This document shows, piece by piece, positions 55,960 through 64,000 of a DNA stretch of 64,000 nucleotides (position 1 is its first letter; every line of letters begins with the position of its first letter). The stretch is from NCBI GenBank assembly GCA_035468985.1, contig DATISF010000028.1, forward strand, positions 38,937 to 102,936, given 5' to 3'. Position numbers and translations under genes: made by a program. The DNA is from Thermoanaerobaculia bacterium (GTDB taxonomy: Bacteria; Acidobacteriota; Thermoanaerobaculia; Gp7-AA8). A model generated the notes under the pieces. That model did not search any database and had not been told where the DNA came from. It was given only the letters and a program-made list of their open reading frames with translations.

Positions 55960-56850
55960 ATGGATCTCCAAAGCAACCTCATCGAGTCGAAAAGACGTCG
56001 CGAGACGGGCGGTTGGCAGGCGTCTCTGACATCGTTGATTTTGCACGGACTGTTCGTCGGATCAATCATTTTTCTCGGTGCCACCGCGTCTCACCGGGTG
56101 GATGCGGAAGCCAAGCCGATCCGGGCCTTCGTGACGCAGGGATCTGCCCCTCCCCCTCCGCCACCCCCACCCCCCGCGCCGGCAGCAAGCTCGAGCGCGC
56201 CGAAGGCCAATCCGCGCATCGAACCGGTGCAGCCCAAGCCGGTTCCTCACGATGCATTCATACCGCCTCGTGAGATCCCGCAGGAAGTCCCGAAAATCGA
56301 GATTCCTTCAACCACCGGGGCGGACGACATCAAGCCGTCGGAGGATCCTCCTTCCTCCGCTCCGACGCAGGCGGTGGAAGGCGGCGTCGCGAATGGCGTG
56401 CCCGGTGGAGTCGCGGGCGGCGTTCCAGGCGGAGTGGTGGGCGGTGAGGTGGGCGGAGTAGCGGGCGGCCAGATCGGAGGCAAGCTCGGTGGTGCCCCGG
56501 CAGGCAGCGAAGGTGACGGCACCAGCGGCAAGGAAGCGTCCGTCGAAGTTCCTTCCCGACCTCTGCGCGTCGGCGGCGACGTGAAAGCGCCGGTCATCGT
56601 CACGCGCATCGAGCCGAAGTACACGGAAACCGCGAGGGCTTCCCGCGTGTCCGGCGTCGTGATCGTCGAAGCGATCATCGACAGGAACGGCCACGTCGAC
56701 CAGGTCAAGGTCGTCAAGGGATTGCCGATGGGGCTGTCGGAGGAAGCGGAGCGCGCCGTCCGTCAGTGGCGGTTCAAGCCGGGAACGATGAATGGACAAC
56801 CCCTGGATGTCATTTTCAATCTGACGGTGAACTTCAAACTCGGATCGTAA
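55960..56850 (+). CDS. tonB: Energy transducer TonB
   Basis: An N-terminal TM anchor and a poly-Pro spacer (PPPPPPPPPAPA) are followed by the C-terminal TonB fold, VSGVVIVEAIIDRNGHV..VKV. Confidence 0.7.
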   Translation: MDLQSNLIESKRRRETGGWQASLTSLILHGLFVGSIIFLGATASHRVDAEAKPIRAFVTQGSAPPPPPPPPPAPAASSSAPKANPRIEPVQPKPVPHDAFIPPREIPQEVPKIEIPSTTGADDIKPSEDPPSSAPTQAVEGGVANGVPGGVAGGVPGGVVGGEVGGVAGGQIGGKLGGAPAGSEGDGTSGKEASVEVPSRPLRVGGDVKAPVIVTRIEPKYTETARASRVSGVVIVEAIIDRNGHVDQVKVVKGLPMGLSEEAERAVRQWRFKPGTMNGQPLDVIFNLTVNFKLGS

Positions 56851-56866
56851 TGAAGCCGGTGCTCCA

Positions 56867-58453
56867 TCACACCTTCCTCGAGATCGCCTTGGCCTGCAGA
56901 AACAGCCCAAGGTAATCGCGACCGCCGGCCTTCGAATCCGTGCCGGACATGTTGAATCCGCCGAACGGATGCACGCCGACGAGCGCGCCGGTGCACTTGC
57001 GATTGAAGTAGAGGTTGCCGACGAAAAACTCATCAGAGGCCCGGCGAATCTTCTCCTCGTTGTCCGTGAAGACCGCGCCCGTCAGGCCGTACTGGCTGTC
57101 ATTCGCGATCCGCAGCGCGTCGTCGAAGTCTCTGGCCTTGATGACCGCGAGCACCGGCCCAAAGATTTCTTCCTGCGCGATCGTCGAATCCGGCGACACG
57201 GGGCCGATCACCGTGGGCTCCACGAAGAAGCCTTCCTTCGCATCGACATTTCCGCCCGCCAGGATCTGGCCTTCGCGGCTCCCTTTCTCGATGTACTCCT
57301 TGATCTTCTTCATCGCCGACTCGTTCACGACCGGACCGACGTTGGAGTCGGCCGATTCCGGCGCGCCGAGCTTCAGCTTCTTCGTCTTCTCGACGACCAG
57401 CGGCATGAAGCGGCCGTAGATGGCCTCGTCGACGATCAGCCGCGAGCACGCGGAGCACTTCTGTCCCTGGAACCCGAATGCGGAGGCCACGACCGCGCTC
57501 GCCGCGTCGTCGAGGTTCTTCGTCTCACGGTCGACGATGATCGCGTCTTTACCGCCCATCTCCGCGATCACGCGCTTGATCCAGACCTGCCCCGTCGGCG
57601 TCTTCGCCGCTTCCGCGTTGATGTGCAGCCCCACTTCCTTCGAGCCGGTGAACGAGATGAAGCGGATGCGAGGATGCTGAATGAGCGGATCGCCGACTTC
57701 CCCACCCGAGCCGCTCAGAAAATTGGCGACCCCCGCCGGCATGCCGGCCTCCTCGAGCAGCGCGAGGAAGCGATAGGCGATCCACGGCGAGTCGGACGAC
57801 GGCTTCAGGATGACGCAATTGCCGGTCACGATCGCGGCCGTGGTCATGCCGGCCATGATGGCCAGCGGGAAGTTCCACGGCGGAATGACGGCGCCCACTC
57901 CGAGCGGGATGTAGACCAGCTCATTCTTCTCCGAATCGATCCTCGTGATCGGCTGCTCGCCGCCGTAGCGGTATGCCTCGCGCGCGTAGAACTCCAGAAA
58001 ATCGATGGCCTCGGCCGTATCGGCATCCGCTTCGGGCCATGTCTTGCCGACTTCGTAGACCATGGTGGCGGAGAATTCGTGTTTCCGCTGGCGCAGCAAC
58101 GCGGCCGCTTTCAGCAGCAGCCCGGCGCGGACCCCGACCGGCTGGCGCTTCCAGCTCTCGAACGCCTTCCACGCCGCGTCGATCGCTTTCTCGACATGAG
58201 CCTTCGTTCCCTTCTGAAACCTCCCGAGGAGCTCGGTTTTGTGCGAGGGGTTGATCGAGTCGAACGTCTTGAGGCCGGTGATGCGCTCACCGCCGATGAT
58301 CAGCGGGTATTCACGGCCGAGCTCGTTTTTTACTTTCGCCAAAGCCGCTTCCATCGCAGACTTGTTCTGGGGATTCTTGAAATCGGTCAGCGGCTCGTTC
58401 CGGAACGGAGCGAGAGTCTGCGGTTTGGTCTCGGGTTCAGTCACAGTCGTCAT
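56867..58453 (-). CDS. pruA: L-glutamate gamma-semialdehyde (1-pyrroline-5-carboxylate) dehydrogenase
   Basis: The aldehyde dehydrogenase fold has the catalytic Cys in FGFQGQKCSACSR and Glu in EMGGKD. The N-terminus FRNEPLTDF is typical of RocA/PruA. Confidence 0.8.
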   Translation of the reverse strand: MTTVTEPETKPQTLAPFRNEPLTDFKNPQNKSAMEAALAKVKNELGREYPLIIGGERITGLKTFDSINPSHKTELLGRFQKGTKAHVEKAIDAAWKAFESWKRQPVGVRAGLLLKAAALLRQRKHEFSATMVYEVGKTWPEADADTAEAIDFLEFYAREAYRYGGEQPITRIDSEKNELVYIPLGVGAVIPPWNFPLAIMAGMTTAAIVTGNCVILKPSSDSPWIAYRFLALLEEAGMPAGVANFLSGSGGEVGDPLIQHPRIRFISFTGSKEVGLHINAEAAKTPTGQVWIKRVIAEMGGKDAIIVDRETKNLDDAASAVVASAFGFQGQKCSACSRLIVDEAIYGRFMPLVVEKTKKLKLGAPESADSNVGPVVNESAMKKIKEYIEKGSREGQILAGGNVDAKEGFFVEPTVIGPVSPDSTIAQEEIFGPVLAVIKARDFDDALRIANDSQYGLTGAVFTDNEEKIRRASDEFFVGNLYFNRKCTGALVGVHPFGGFNMSGTDSKAGGRDYLGLFLQAKAISRKV

Positions 58454-58515
58454 GGGTGATCCTTTCTCGGAGAGCCCGGCGCCCAAGTTGCAGTGGCCGG
58501 GAAAAAGAAGTCGGA

Positions 58516-59241
58516 ATGTTATCGAAATCGCTTCCGCTAGCAATAACAGCGCTCGTTGCCGGTCTGTTCACGTCGTGCTCAGTTCTGCCGTGGCAGGGAC
58601 AAGCTCCCGCGAATGAGGTCAACCTGGGCTTCACCCTGGAGAACAATCTGATCTTCCTGACTACCGCGGAGATCAACAATCATGGCGGCCGCATATTCTT
58701 CGGCTCCGCGCATTCACGCACGATCGTCGATCCGGCCTTCGTGGAACGGGCCGGCGGCGGGCGGTATGTGCTGCAGCTGAATCACCGCCAGTCGATTCCC
58801 TTCGATCCCGTGGTCATGAGTCTCGGGGGCGTTGGAGATGCGCTCGTCGGCGCGGACGTCTGGGACGCGAAGGCTGTCACCATCGATTACCGGACGGGGC
58901 TTCTCACGTGGCAGAAGGACGGGATCTATCCCGACTACATGACGCTGTTCCAGTTCGAAGCCGAGCCGAAAGTGATCGCCGAGGTCGACGGGCGTGCGAC
59001 GCCGGTCGTCGTCGACACAGCTCTTCCGGACACGCTCGTTCTGCCGCGCGGCTCGCACGCCGCCGGGCGCCGCAGCGCGCGGGTGACGATCGCCGGAACC
59101 GACTTCGGGAGTGTCGATGTCGCTCTCGGCGACGTCTCGCGGGCACGCATCGGAAACCGTTTGCTTTCGAAGTTCCTCGTGTCGGTCGATTACGGGCGCC
59201 GGCAGGTCGGGCTCTGGCGCGATCCACGGATTCCGATGTGA
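58516..59241 (+). CDS. Hypothetical secreted or lipoprotein, possibly a degenerate retropepsin-like fold
   Basis: The N-terminus is a signal with a lipobox (LFTSCS). VVVDTALPDT weakly resembles the DTG of clan-AA proteases. This is a low-confidence call. Confidence 0.35.
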   Translation: MLSKSLPLAITALVAGLFTSCSVLPWQGQAPANEVNLGFTLENNLIFLTTAEINNHGGRIFFGSAHSRTIVDPAFVERAGGGRYVLQLNHRQSIPFDPVVMSLGGVGDALVGADVWDAKAVTIDYRTGLLTWQKDGIYPDYMTLFQFEAEPKVIAEVDGRATPVVVDTALPDTLVLPRGSHAAGRRSARVTIAGTDFGSVDVALGDVSRARIGNRLLSKFLVSVDYGRRQVGLWRDPRIPM

Positions 59242-59280
59242 CCGGATAGAATCGGACAGGCAGTCAAATCGAGGAGGATT

Positions 59281-60522
59281 TTGATGCGGCGGTCCGCTCC
59301 CCTGATTTTCGGTCTCTCGTTGCTCGCGCAAGTCGCCACGGCTCAGGTCACGGTGCAACACGGCGATACGTTGTCGGGCTTGATCAACAACCTGTACGGC
59401 GGCAACGGCATCCAGCTGAAAGACACCGGCCATCAGGCCCACTTCGGCCAGACCGGAGACCTGCAGGCATTCACCTCGACGCTGCAGCATGTTTTGCAGT
59501 CGCATTCGCTTTTCCCGATTCCGTCGGCCGTCGGCCTCGTCTCCTACCGCTTCAACGAACAGACCGGGACGTACGACCGCGTGCAGGGATCGCTCGGACC
59601 GCTGCTCGCCGATCGCGGCGCCACCACGGGAAAAGGGACGTTCACGATCTCCGGAACCTACAGCTTCTCGGATTTCGATCGGGTCAACGGAAGGGACTCG
59701 ATCGACCTCGTCCTCCGACACTGTCTCGAGCCCGAGTGCATTCTCGGAGGCAACCCCGCGGCGCCTTACCTGACCGACACCATTCACGTAAACGTGAAGT
59801 TCCGTCTGAAGAGCCAGGCTCTGACGCTTTCGACCGTTTATGGGGTCTCCAACAACGTCGATGTCGGTCTGGTCGTGCCCTACATTCGCAATGATCTGCA
59901 GGTGTCTTCGAACGCCATCATTGTGCAAGGGCCGAACTCGATCTGCTGCGCGCATCTATTCGATCCGTCGATCGAAACACCCGGCCAGTACGGCACGGGA
60001 ACGGCGATCGGCATCGGCGACATCGTGGCGCGAGGAAAAGTCCGCATCCTGCCGAAGATGGCGAACCTCGATTCCGCAATTCTGGCGGACGTCACGCTTC
60101 CGACCGGCGACAAAGAAAACTTCCTTGGCTCCGGCGAGCTGCGCGCGAAGCTGACCTACGTCGGCTCCGTGAAGATTCGCAAGCTGATTCCCCACGTGAA
60201 CGTCGGATACGAAGCGAACTTCAAGGAGTCGAAGCTGAGCACCATCGACTACAGGGTCGGCTCCGAGTACGTCCTCCGCGACAGCGTCACCCTCAGCGGC
60301 GAGCTCCTCGGAATCGCACGTCCGAGCTCAGGCGGACTGTTCCAGAGCTCCGTTCTCGTCGGCCGGCCGCTGGTGGCACGGTCGGAGATCGACGGCGCAA
60401 TCGGCGGCAAGTGGCAACTCTCGAAGAACCGCGCGTTCCTCTTCGATTTCATCGTTCCGCTCAACGACACCGGAATCCGCGCCAGCTCGGTGGTGACGGT
60501 GGGAATCCAGGGAACGATGTAG
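59281..60522 (+). CDS. Outer-membrane beta-barrel protein (MetA-pathway / phenol-degradation-like transporter family)
   Basis: A signal peptide is followed by alternating amphipathic beta-strands. The C-terminus ends in VTVGIQGTM, a near-aromatic terminus. Confidence 0.45.
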   Translation: MMRRSAPLIFGLSLLAQVATAQVTVQHGDTLSGLINNLYGGNGIQLKDTGHQAHFGQTGDLQAFTSTLQHVLQSHSLFPIPSAVGLVSYRFNEQTGTYDRVQGSLGPLLADRGATTGKGTFTISGTYSFSDFDRVNGRDSIDLVLRHCLEPECILGGNPAAPYLTDTIHVNVKFRLKSQALTLSTVYGVSNNVDVGLVVPYIRNDLQVSSNAIIVQGPNSICCAHLFDPSIETPGQYGTGTAIGIGDIVARGKVRILPKMANLDSAILADVTLPTGDKENFLGSGELRAKLTYVGSVKIRKLIPHVNVGYEANFKESKLSTIDYRVGSEYVLRDSVTLSGELLGIARPSSGGLFQSSVLVGRPLVARSEIDGAIGGKWQLSKNRAFLFDFIVPLNDTGIRASSVVTVGIQGTM

Positions 60523-62550
60523 TCAGGCCGCCGTCCGGGAGAACCGAACGATCTTCCAGCCGTCCGGCGTGCGCTTCAGCTCGTAGACGAGGTTCTGCAC
60601 GCCGGGCGGTGTCCCGCTTTCGGCGAACGTATCGGTGCGCCGGACCGCGACCGTGGCGTCGCCCTCGTCGGTGAACTGAATGCTCTTCACGACGATGTCG
60701 ACGCGCGTCGATGGCGAGTTGCGGATCGCGCTCGCGAGCTGGTCGGTGAAATTCATCGCGCGCTGCCGGAAGAACCCGACGTTCTTGTCCTGATACGCCA
60801 TGGCGATTTCGCGCATGAACGTGTGGATCTCGCGTTCGAGATCGGCGCGAGATGGCTTCGGCGGCGGAGCCGGAGCGGTCGTGACGGTGGCCGGCTGAAC
60901 CGGGGCCGGCGATGGCGTGACAACGGTCGTCTGCGTCAACACGGCGACGGGAGGCGGCGCCTCGGTCTCGGTGTGCGCGATGACCGGCCCCTTCGGCGGC
61001 CTGATGGGCTTTCCAGGCGACGCGGCCGCGGTCGTGGTCGCCACCGCTGGAACGCCATTGGAAGAAAGAAGATCCCGGAGCGTCTGACTCGCCTGCGACG
61101 CCAGCGCCGCGCCGCCGGCGTAATCCTTGTCTGCGATTCTCGCGCGCGCGTTCTCCAGTTGCCGGTTTGCGTCGTCGTAACGCACGCGCTCATCGGGCGT
61201 CAGATGCCGCTGAGCGACAAGACCGGCCAGCGTCGTCGCTGTGGCCAGCTGCACGTCTGATTCACGCGATGCGGCGTCGTTCTGCGCGGAAGCGGTGACC
61301 GTGGTGACCGTCGTCGCAGGCAGCGTGGCCTTCGCCGGGCGCGGTTGCTGCTGGGCCGGCTGACGGTTTCGCGCGACGAGAAAGGCCACTCCGGCAATCA
61401 CGACCAGAGCCACCGCGGCGATCGCTGCGAACGGCGCTCGCTTGGTGCGCACCGGTTCCTCCGGGACGATGACGGTCTGTTCCGCCCGCTGCACCTCGGG
61501 CCGCGCCCTGGTCTTGGCCAGCGTCGGATCCGCCGGCGGTCTTACCACTTCCGTGGCGCCGGCTTCGCCGCTCTCGCTGGCAAGCCTCAAGGTCGGCGAT
61601 TCCTCCATCGCACCCGATGGCATGCTCCGTCCCGACGAGTACGGATTGAGCGATGCGGGAAGGTCTCCCTCCATCCAATTGAATGGCTCGGACTGCGGCT
61701 CGGCCGCCATATACGCAAGGCACGACTCCGACCGCGCGAACGTCTCAATGTCGGCCACGAAGTCCGCGGCGCTCGTGTATCGGTCGGCCGGATCGCGCGC
61801 AAGCGCCTTCATGATCACGTCATCGAGCTCCGCCGGATATCCGGTCAGCGTCGACACGAGCGGCGGCATCGGACCGCCGAGAATCTTGCTGATGATTTCG
61901 GGCGTGGTGTCGCCGGGAAAGGCGCGGCGATAGGTCAGGAACTCGTATGCCACGGCGCCGAGGGCGAAGATGTCGTCCTGCGGGCCGGTGTCGCCGCTGA
62001 ATCGCTCCGGCGACATGTACGCGATCGTTCCGCTGAGATATCCGGTCTTGGTCAGACGGGTGTTGTCGAATCGCGCCAGACCGAAATCGAGGATCTTCGG
62101 CACGCCGCGCGAAGTCACACACACGTTCGACGGCTTCATGTCGCGATGGACGACGCCCGACTCGTGAGCGTACGCCAGACCGCGGCCGATCTGCAGCACG
62201 ATCGGCAGGCGGGCCGAAAGCGGAATCGTCACCTTGGCATTGATGACGCGCGAGAGATTGATCCCCTCCACGCACTCCATGACGATGTAGGAGAGCGACT
62301 CCTCTTCGCCGAAGTCGTAGATGGTGACGATGTTCGGGTGGTGAAGCTTGCCGGCGGACCGCGCTTCCATCCGGAGCCGGCCGACCTGATCGTCTTCGGC
62401 ATCGCTGTCGATCCGGATCGTCTTGACGGCCACGATGCGGTCGATGAACGGATCGCGGGCCTTGTAGACGACACCCATCCCGCCGCGCCCGATGACGCCG
62501 AGAACCTCGTATTTCCCGATCTTTGTCGGGACAGCTGACGCGGTCTCCAC
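60523..62550 (-). CDS. Ser/Thr protein kinase with one TM segment and a C-terminal NTF2/SnoaL-like extracytoplasmic domain
   Basis: Kinase motifs GRGGMGVVYKA, VAVK, HRDMKPSNV, DFG and SPE are present. A TM helix lies near residue 360. The last about 120 aa fit an NTF2-like fold. Confidence 0.8.
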   Translation of the reverse strand: METASAVPTKIGKYEVLGVIGRGGMGVVYKARDPFIDRIVAVKTIRIDSDAEDDQVGRLRMEARSAGKLHHPNIVTIYDFGEEESLSYIVMECVEGINLSRVINAKVTIPLSARLPIVLQIGRGLAYAHESGVVHRDMKPSNVCVTSRGVPKILDFGLARFDNTRLTKTGYLSGTIAYMSPERFSGDTGPQDDIFALGAVAYEFLTYRRAFPGDTTPEIISKILGGPMPPLVSTLTGYPAELDDVIMKALARDPADRYTSAADFVADIETFARSESCLAYMAAEPQSEPFNWMEGDLPASLNPYSSGRSMPSGAMEESPTLRLASESGEAGATEVVRPPADPTLAKTRARPEVQRAEQTVIVPEEPVRTKRAPFAAIAAVALVVIAGVAFLVARNRQPAQQQPRPAKATLPATTVTTVTASAQNDAASRESDVQLATATTLAGLVAQRHLTPDERVRYDDANRQLENARARIADKDYAGGAALASQASQTLRDLLSSNGVPAVATTTAAASPGKPIRPPKGPVIAHTETEAPPPVAVLTQTTVVTPSPAPVQPATVTTAPAPPPKPSRADLEREIHTFMREIAMAYQDKNVGFFRQRAMNFTDQLASAIRNSPSTRVDIVVKSIQFTDEGDATVAVRRTDTFAESGTPPGVQNLVYELKRTPDGWKIVRFSRTAA

Positions 62551-62593
62551 GATGCACTCATTCTAGCGCCCGATGCAGTGATAAAAGGAGCGA

Positions 62594-63832
62594 GTGAGGT
62601 CGCGCGCGGCCGTCTTTTTCGCCGTTTTGTTCATGATTCCGGCCGCTGAAGCGGAGACGTTCGATCTCCGGGGCTTCGTGACGGGCCGCGGCATGTACGT
62701 GACCGGCCAGCCGTCGTGGATGCAGGGCGGTTTCGGCCGGTTTGATGCCGGCGGCGAGGGAGTGAATCGAGGGCGAGGTGCTGCCGTCGCCGACGTGCAG
62801 CTCGGCTTCGACTGGCAGCCGGTCAAGCACGTCCTGGTGCACGCGCATGGAGACGCTCGTGCCGAGCCGTCTGAGAATCGCGGCCGCCGCGCCGGCCTCG
62901 TCAGCGCGTATGTGGAAGGAGATTGGGAGCGCGGCCGTAACGAGCTCCTCGTCCGGGCTGGACAATTCTTCCCCGGCACGTCGCGCGAAAACGTGGCGGA
63001 GCTCTGGTCTTCGCCTTACACCCTCACCGGCTCGACGCTGAACAGTTGGGTCGCCGAGGAAGTGCGGCCGATCGGCGTCAATGCGGAATGGAGAGTGCTG
63101 ACGTCCACCGCGCTCATCACAACGTCCGCAACCGCATTCCGTGGGAACGACTCGATGGGCGGATTGCTCGCCTGGCGCGGATGGACTGCCGGCAACCGGC
63201 TCACCGTTTTCAAGGAAGTTCTGCCGCTGCCGCCGCTGCGATCGCTGAATCAGGTGTTCATCCATCAGCGGCGCGACGGAACGAAACCGTTCGGGACGGA
63301 TCTCGACGGGCGCACCGGCTACGCCGCGCGCATCCGCTACGCCATTCCAGAGCGCGCGAGCATCCAGTTCACGCGCATCGACAACGAGGGCGATCGCCGT
63401 TTGCACCGCGGCGAATACGCCTGGAGAACGCCCTTCAACATCCTCGGCGCCGACGCTCACTTCGGTGATGCCACACTGGCCAGCGAGTGGATGTCCGGAA
63501 AATCAGGAATGGGTGATCCACGCGCGAACTCCATCGACATCGACTTCTACTCAGCCTACCTCCTCGGTTCCTACAAAAGCGGCCGCAACCGGCTCTCGGC
63601 GAGGTACGAGATCTTCGCGACGCATGACCGCCATCCGGTTGCCGGCGATCGTTACGACGAGCACGGCCGCGGATGGACGTTCGCCTGGCTGCTCGACGTA
63701 ACCAGCCACGTGCGCGGCGGAATCGAATTCACGCAGATTGCGGGAACTCATCAAGAGGCGGGTGACTCGGGATTCAGTCCGGTGATCGACGGGCGCAGCG
63801 TCATGCTCGAGATGCGCTACAGCATCCGCTAG
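62594..63832 (+). CDS. Outer-membrane protein (porin-like, uncharacterised family)
   Basis: A signal peptide is followed by beta-strand periodicity. The C-terminus is ...EMRYSIR. Confidence 0.45.
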   Translation: MRSRAAVFFAVLFMIPAAEAETFDLRGFVTGRGMYVTGQPSWMQGGFGRFDAGGEGVNRGRGAAVADVQLGFDWQPVKHVLVHAHGDARAEPSENRGRRAGLVSAYVEGDWERGRNELLVRAGQFFPGTSRENVAELWSSPYTLTGSTLNSWVAEEVRPIGVNAEWRVLTSTALITTSATAFRGNDSMGGLLAWRGWTAGNRLTVFKEVLPLPPLRSLNQVFIHQRRDGTKPFGTDLDGRTGYAARIRYAIPERASIQFTRIDNEGDRRLHRGEYAWRTPFNILGADAHFGDATLASEWMSGKSGMGDPRANSIDIDFYSAYLLGSYKSGRNRLSARYEIFATHDRHPVAGDRYDEHGRGWTFAWLLDVTSHVRGGIEFTQIAGTHQEAGDSGFSPVIDGRSVMLEMRYSIR

Positions 63833-64000
63833 GACCTCTGCGCAAGTCGTCATCCTGAGTCGGCGAAGCGCGACGAAGGATCTCAGGATGCGAAAACGCG
63901 GCGATTTCGAGATCCTTCGCCGTCTTCGCAGATTGCGGGAACTCATCAGGAGGCGGGTGACTCGGGATTCAGTCCGGTGATCGACGGGCGCAGCGTCATG
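63739..64000. repeat. Direct duplication of about 190 bp (3' end of the OMP gene plus the truncated REP). The second copy starts at 63929 and runs off the window.
   Basis: The segments 63739-63810 and 63929-64000 are identical except for 1 mismatch. The junction is at the microhomology CGCAG. Confidence 0.75.
63833..63928 (+). repeat. Truncated REP-like element (left arm and loop only)
   Basis: The sequence is CCTCTGCGCAAGTCGTCATCCTGAGTCGGCGAAGCGCGACGAAGGATCTC...GAGATCCTTCGCCGTCTTCGC. It is then interrupted. Confidence 0.8.

Noticed and set aside
1-64000. tRNA or rRNA genes, insertion sequences, prophage or integrative elements.
   Set aside because: No T-loop or acceptor-like GGTTCGAATCC-type motifs were found, and no rRNA-like conserved stretches. 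No transposase or integrase domains appeared in any frame. Gene content is core-metabolic with uniform GC.

Overview
This 64 kb window is GC-rich (roughly two-thirds G+C) and densely coding. It looks like a chromosomal core region of an Acidobacteriota-like bacterium. Two things point that way: TonB-dependent receptors with an N-terminal carboxypeptidase-regulatory-like domain, and intergenic palindromes of the 'GTCATCCTGAGCGAAGCGAAGGATCTC' type.

About 60 protein genes are called. Most are housekeeping genes:
- isoprenoid, lipoprotein and cofactor genes: ispG, lspA, scoAB, apbC/mrp, a LOG hydrolase, moaC, mobA, a NifS/IscS-type cysteine desulfurase, murI, ybeY, carA;
- RNA-processing and protein-turnover genes: CCA-adding enzyme, rsmD, phoH, pcnB, lepB, pepA, pruA;
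- a methylmalonyl-CoA-mutase large subunit, a sigma-54 response regulator and tonB.

Envelope and signalling genes are also present:
- two DUF4388 paralogs, one coupled to a GAF-GGDEF cyclase;
- a SARP/BTAD regulator fused to a receiver, an atypical single receiver, and a REC-PilZ protein;
- a Ser/Thr kinase, a patatin-like lipase, and a 1290-aa secreted protein with plant-type LRRs;
- a TonB-dependent receptor, a LolC/E-type permease, an M14 carboxypeptidase and several lipoproteins.

No rRNA, tRNA, CRISPR array, transposase, integrase or reverse transcriptase was recognised.

The non-genic sequence is the more unusual part:
- A family of about 130-145 bp palindromic REP/MITE-like elements has at least 11 copies. 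They sit immediately after stop codons and in places are amplified into 250-430 bp composite tandem units. One composite duplication runs off the window end.
- A second family of tandem heptanucleotide repeats, (GGGATTC)n, (GGGGTTC)n, (GAATGTC)n, (CCTCGGG)n and (CGAGGAC)n, lies at or inside the 5' ends of several genes. In some cases the repeats form long inverted repeats.

Gene-remnant evidence:
- a TonB-receptor C-terminal fragment upstream of carA;
- a truncated Avd-like four-helix-bundle gene;
- a truncated GT4 glycosyltransferase.

Candidate regulatory sites:
- a GntR operator palindrome;
- a sigma-54 promoter upstream of tonB;
- a bidirectional terminator;
- an RBS-occluding hairpin upstream of the LOG gene.

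I found no classical defence or mobile-element system. The repeat families and the SARP-REC/REC/patatin module are the most likely 'undescribed' biology here. All product calls rest on my reading of motifs in the translated ORFs; no database search was run.
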